20,000 nucleotides of DNA from IMG/VR virus record IMGVR_UViG_3300044643_002701, one strand, 5' to 3'. Shown piece by piece: positions 16,677-20,000 of the stretch. The first letter of the stretch is position 1. Each line of letters opens with the position of its first letter. This DNA is from an uncultured virus (IMG/VR IMGVR_UViG_3300044643_002701) (taxonomy: Duplodnaviria > Heunggongvirae > Uroviricota > Caudoviricetes). Below the pieces are notes generated by a model. That model was not told the origin of the DNA, searched no databases, and was given only the letters and a program-made list of their open reading frames with translations. A program made the translations under genes and the position numbers.

Positions 16677-17954
16677 TTATCTACTTATTTCTTCCCAGTC
16701 CATTGTTGTCAATACTTTAGCTGGACTGCCTCCAGTGGCCGTGCCAGCGGATATAACTAGTGTTAATTCCTGAGCGGCTCCAGTGAGGCCATTACGTTCT
16801 AGCTGAAATTTAAAAAGAGCTTCCTTTAAAATATCAAGAGCTGGATTGGCCTGATTAGTTTGACTAATAAATCCTGCCGCTAAAATTCTACCACCAGAAA
16901 CACTTGTTGCATCCATTTTATATTCTACAGCAGAATTATTGCCAGCACTTAACCAAGTGCCACTGCCGCCACTAGTGGTAGCATTTGCAACTACTTTCCA
17001 TTTAAAGTTGCCACTTGATGCTGGTAAGATGCTCAGCGCAGTAAGAATTACAATAGCATCCAATCTGCTTGATTTTAGTCTAATAGTAATTACAGGATAA
17101 TCAGTATTAGTTGCAGTTATTAAGTCATAAGGAACAGTTACATCCTGACCAATTGCCTGTTGCAATCCCCTTAATTCATACCCACCTTCTGAAATTACAG
17201 ACGAACACACTTGCTTTAATGTACTTGACCCACTAGTGGCAGACGTGTTTATTATTTCATATCTCAATGGCAATGAAGCAGTAGTGATATAGGTCGAATC
17301 AATAATATTCGCATGATGAAAAGTATGACAAAGAATAAATTTACCATTAATAATAAATCCCATACGCACTGATCCAAGACCAAGCCATTCAACGTCCATC
17401 CATAAAATTTGCGCCTTAGTTATATCTAAAGTTAGTCCAGAAGCTCCTGCCCCATCTAATTTATCCCCATTCCAATTTGATTTTAATACCCTTGTTTCAG
17501 TGGCCGGAGAGCCGTTTATCAAACTACGCTCTACAAAATTTAAATTATTACCATCTAACTCTAGATACATGCCATTGTCTTGGCCAAAATAACCCACTCT
17601 TTGTCTTAAACCAGTTTTTGCTGGCGACATAACGAATGTGTTGAAAATCAATAAAGATTTGCCCGGCTGATAAGAGAAAACTTTTGTTGTCTCTCTGGTC
17701 ACAAAAGATCCGGAAGCGTTGGTTACTCTCATCTCAACCAATCCTTGATTTTGATTGAAAACACCACTACCACTAACACCACTAGCAGTAGACCAAAGAT
17801 TGTTATCAGCATATCTATGAGAGGAATCAAATAGAGTTAATGGCTGGGCTACTCTTAAACGACCAAATGCATCTACTGCGCCATCTGGATAACCAGCTAT
17901 ATTAACATAATTGGGATTAGAGGTTTGAAAATACGTTTCGACTCTATTGATCAT
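16677..17954 (-). CDS. Putative virion structural protein (beta-rich)
   Basis: 425 aa; DAFGRLRVAQPLTLFDS, YQPGKS, EWLGLGSVRMGF and SLPLRYEI motifs resemble a conserved phage family; first gene of the minus-strand operon. Confidence 0.65.
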   Translation of the reverse strand: MINRVETYFQTSNPNYVNIAGYPDGAVDAFGRLRVAQPLTLFDSSHRYADNNLWSTASGVSGSGVFNQNQGLVEMRVTNASGSFVTRETTKVFSYQPGKSLLIFNTFVMSPAKTGLRQRVGYFGQDNGMYLELDGNNLNFVERSLINGSPATETRVLKSNWNGDKLDGAGASGLTLDITKAQILWMDVEWLGLGSVRMGFIINGKFILCHTFHHANIIDSTYITTASLPLRYEIINTSATSGSSTLKQVCSSVISEGGYELRGLQQAIGQDVTVPYDLITATNTDYPVITIRLKSSRLDAIVILTALSILPASSGNFKWKVVANATTSGGSGTWLSAGNNSAVEYKMDATSVSGGRILAAGFISQTNQANPALDILKEALFKFQLERNGLTGAAQELTLVISAGTATGGSPAKVLTTMDWEEISR

Positions 17955-17963
17955 ACAGTATAT

Positions 17964-17968
17964 TACAC
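17964..17968 (-). promoter_or_regulatory. GTGTA motif (candidate late promoter)
   Basis: Minus strand GTGTA-ATATACTGT-ATG(17954) at the head of the structural operon; no sigma70 consensus seen on this strand. Confidence 0.55.
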
Positions 17969-18002
17969 AGTTTTTAGAAAAAATTAATTTTTAAAAAAAT
18001 AC

Positions 18003-18031
18003 TTGCTTAACTATAAAAATAGGATTACTAT
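18003..18031 (+). promoter_or_regulatory. sigma70-type promoter with AT-rich upstream element, leaderless
   Basis: TTGCTT(18003-18008)-17 nt-TACTAT(18026-18031); ATG at 18038; A/T tracts at 17971-18000. Confidence 0.72.
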
Positions 18032-18037
18032 GGATAA

Positions 18038-18553
18038 ATGAAGAACACCGAAAAAACACAGAAACTTGGCTGGCTACAGGCGGGAGATACGTTCGAAATC
18101 CCTTCTCTGAAAGACTTGATGCGAAATTTGAAGGTTTTGTCTACAAACGAGTCGAGCACTTCGGTACAGGGAGATCGTCGTGACAGCGTTAACGACGAGT
18201 GGAGAAGTTTCAGGTTCCCAATTTCAAACGATGTAAATGTGATCGTTGTTGAAAGAAACCCGATTAAAGAGACAGTTGACGAAAACGGCTCGAAAAAAAT
18301 CGAGGAAAAACAGGTTGAGACAAAGGCCACGAAGCGCGGCAGGGGTAGGCCATCAAATCACGTGAAGTCACTAAACGAAATGAGTGGAACCTCTGGAGAG
18401 TTTACAGTTAATGATATTGTTTCCAAGAATGGCGTTAAAGAGTATCAGGCGCACAATTTAGTGAGGAGTGCCCTTAAGCAAGGCAAGGTGACGGTGGTCA
18501 AGGAAATCTCTGGTGGCAGGGGAAAGCCGAGGAAGGTTTATCGTCTAGCTTAA
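18038..18553 (+). CDS. Putative DNA-binding protein with AT-hook and C-terminal winged helix
   Basis: KRGRGRP AT-hook; FTVNDIV...AHNLVRSALKQGKV..GGRGKPRKVYRL is a wHTH wing pattern. Confidence 0.68.
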   Translation: MKNTEKTQKLGWLQAGDTFEIPSLKDLMRNLKVLSTNESSTSVQGDRRDSVNDEWRSFRFPISNDVNVIVVERNPIKETVDENGSKKIEEKQVETKATKRGRGRPSNHVKSLNEMSGTSGEFTVNDIVSKNGVKEYQAHNLVRSALKQGKVTVVKEISGGRGKPRKVYRLA

Positions 18554-18567
18554 TTAATTAAATTAAT

Positions 18568-18987
18568 ATGGAATATAAATATACTCCAGAAAACATAACC
18601 TCGTTGGATAAAAATGAAGTTTTTGTTTTTGGTAGTAACCTTGCTGGAATTCATGGGGCCGGTGCCGCAAAACTTGCCCATACTAATTTTGGCGCAATAT
18701 ATGGAAAAGGAAATGGCATTCAAGGGCAATCCTACGCCATTCCAACAAAAGATTTTGCAATAGAAACACTTGAGTATACTAATATTGAAAAACATGTTCA
18801 AGAGTTTATTACTTTCGCCAGAGAAAATCCTGAAATAATTTTTCTAGTTACACTAATTGGATGTGGACTGGCTGGGTATAAACCAAAAGATATCGCGCCA
18901 TTATTTTACTCTGTTCCATTGAATGTAATTTTACCAAAAGAATTCGCCAGTGATGCCTACAACAAGAGATTCTTTAATGAAAATTAA
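18568..18987 (+). CDS. Macro-domain-like phage protein (A1S_2505-like family)
   Basis: TPENITSL..EVFVFGSNLAGIHGAGAA..GQSYAIPT..FLVTLIGCGLAGY..IAPLF. Confidence 0.78.
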   Translation: MEYKYTPENITSLDKNEVFVFGSNLAGIHGAGAAKLAHTNFGAIYGKGNGIQGQSYAIPTKDFAIETLEYTNIEKHVQEFITFARENPEIIFLVTLIGCGLAGYKPKDIAPLFYSVPLNVILPKEFASDAYNKRFFNEN

Positions 18988-19663
18988 ATATAAACTAAAA
19001 AATATTGGTGAGAATATTTTTCTCTGCACTATAAGTAATCATTATGACCTTTGCATGACATTTTGTCGTAGCCAAGAGTTTTACGAATCGCCATACAAAG
19101 CAATTCGAGGCAAAAATTTTAAACTTTTAGACTTTATGAGCCTTTACGCAAAGGATAGTGAAGATGGGATTTTCACATACCCGGCGGATTGGGTTGGATT
19201 TAATATACCAAGCAATGTTTTGGAAAATCTTTACTATAATCCTATTCAAGATATTAATGATTATGATCATACTGTAAAAGAAATACTGACCAAAATCGGT
19301 AAAAATCTAAAAACCAAGGATAAGCGTTACTATTTAATTGCCGCTGTGCCCAACGATATTGAAACAATTTCACACGAAATCGCACATGCATTATACAATC
19401 TAAATAAAAACTATAAGAAAGATATGGATGCCTTAACAGACAGCATACCAAAACCAATATACGTTAAACTTTTAGACACTCTTTTCGCGCTCGGATATTG
19501 TAAACAAGTAGTTAAAGATGAAATTCAAGCTTATTTTTCAAATGATTCCTACATGTTTAATGACAATTTAAAACTCAAGGACAGAAAAAAACTTAAGAAA
19601 TTTGAGTTACAGTATAAAAGCGTATATAATAAATACAAAACCAGTCTTAAAATAAAGATTTAA
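18977..19663 (+). CDS. HEXXH zincin-like putative metallopeptidase
   Basis: TISHEIAHALY with a downstream DEIQAY third-ligand candidate; start at ATG 18977 (MKIKYK). Confidence 0.65.
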   Translation: MKIKYKLKNIGENIFLCTISNHYDLCMTFCRSQEFYESPYKAIRGKNFKLLDFMSLYAKDSEDGIFTYPADWVGFNIPSNVLENLYYNPIQDINDYDHTVKEILTKIGKNLKTKDKRYYLIAAVPNDIETISHEIAHALYNLNKNYKKDMDALTDSIPKPIYVKLLDTLFALGYCKQVVKDEIQAYFSNDSYMFNDNLKLKDRKKLKKFELQYKSVYNKYKTSLKIKI

Positions 19664-19746
19664 TGAGCAGTGGAGGAATTGGTAAACTCGGAGGTCTTTG
19701 GAACCTCTGTCGTAAGACGCTGAACGTTCAAGTCGTTCCTGCTCAG
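19664..19746 (+). tRNA. tRNA with anticodon TTG (Gln) and an atypical long variable arm
   Basis: Acceptor TGAGCAG/CTGCTCA plus G73; D arm GAG-GAATTGGTAAA-CTC; anticodon arm GAGGT-CTTTGGA-ACCTC; 14-nt variable region TGTC-GTAA-GACG-CT; T arm GAACG-TTCAAGT-CGTTC; CCA not encoded. Confidence 0.93.
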
Positions 19747-19779
19747 CTTTATATTTTTATTCATATTATGAAAATTAAT

Positions 19780-19784
19780 GTGTA
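19780..19784 (+). promoter_or_regulatory. GTGTA motif (candidate late promoter)
   Basis: GTGTA-TTAATTAAT-ATG(19794). Confidence 0.45.
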
Positions 19785-19793
19785 TTAATTAAT

Positions 19794-19994
19794 ATGACTA
19801 CCGCTTCAAATAACAGCGTTGAAAAATGGAGTGGTTTTTATAAAACATCAGACGAAGCACAGGCATCTCTTGAAAAACAAGTTAAAACGATGGCTTTAAA
19901 AAAATTAATTATTTCTGCCAAAAAGGAACTCATATTGCAGAATAAAAATCCGATGCTTTTGTATAAATTTACAGTGGTTACCGGCGTTAAATAG
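19794..19994 (+). CDS. Small basic hypothetical protein
   Basis: 66-aa ORF preceded by GTGTA-N9. Confidence 0.55.
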   Translation: MTTASNNSVEKWSGFYKTSDEAQASLEKQVKTMALKKLIISAKKELILQNKNPMLLYKFTVVTGVK

Positions 19995-20000
19995 TTTAGT

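Noticed and set aside
1032..19457. Antisense or alternative-frame ORFs in the track (e.g. 1032-1379, 9402-9707, 12950-13342, 14813-15076, 18028-18330)
   Set aside because: They lie within well-supported genes, have no motifs or promoter signals, and look like shadow ORFs.
19768..19788. Micro-ORF MKINVY after the tRNA
   Set aside because: Only six codons, overlapping the GTGTA motif, with no supporting evidence.
1..20000. Stop-codon reassignment or CAA recoding
   Set aside because: Genes read full length in the standard code, TGA ends several genes at sensible positions, and CAA occupies conserved Gln sites (PhyH HQD, HNH WQA).
1..20000. CRISPR array, integrase, IS element or clear intrinsic terminator
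   Set aside because: I saw no regularly spaced DNA repeats, recombinase/transposase motifs or GC hairpin followed by a U-tract, including at the convergent junction 8392-8400.

Overview
AT-rich, gene-dense segment of a large tailed bacteriophage genome, in three blocks. (1) 1-8392 (+): short early/accessory genes, including a metallophosphoesterase, a PQ-loop/SemiSWEET-like protein, a PhyH-type Fe(II)/2OG dioxygenase, DUF2061, APS kinase (cysC), an AbrB-like protein, an HNH nuclease and a T4 beta-glucosyltransferase-like enzyme. (2) 8400-17954 (-): a virion tail-fibre/adhesin module with a 1284-aa beta-propeller repeat protein, two LamG/ConA paralogues, a fibrinogen-like domain and fibre shaft proteins. 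(3) 18038-19994 (+): an AT-hook/wHTH protein, a macro-like protein, an HEXXH protein and a tRNA. Most notable observations: a tRNA with a Gln anticodon (UUG) on a class II long-variable-arm, Leu-like body; a BGT-like DNA glycosyltransferase near a dioxygenase and APS kinase; six sigma70 promoters each with the ATG exactly 7 nt after the -10 box (leaderless mRNAs); a second recurring GTGTA-N8/9-ATG motif (candidate late promoter); and a strongly CpG-depleted block at about 2-5 kb. All family assignments come from motif recognition by eye, not from database searches.
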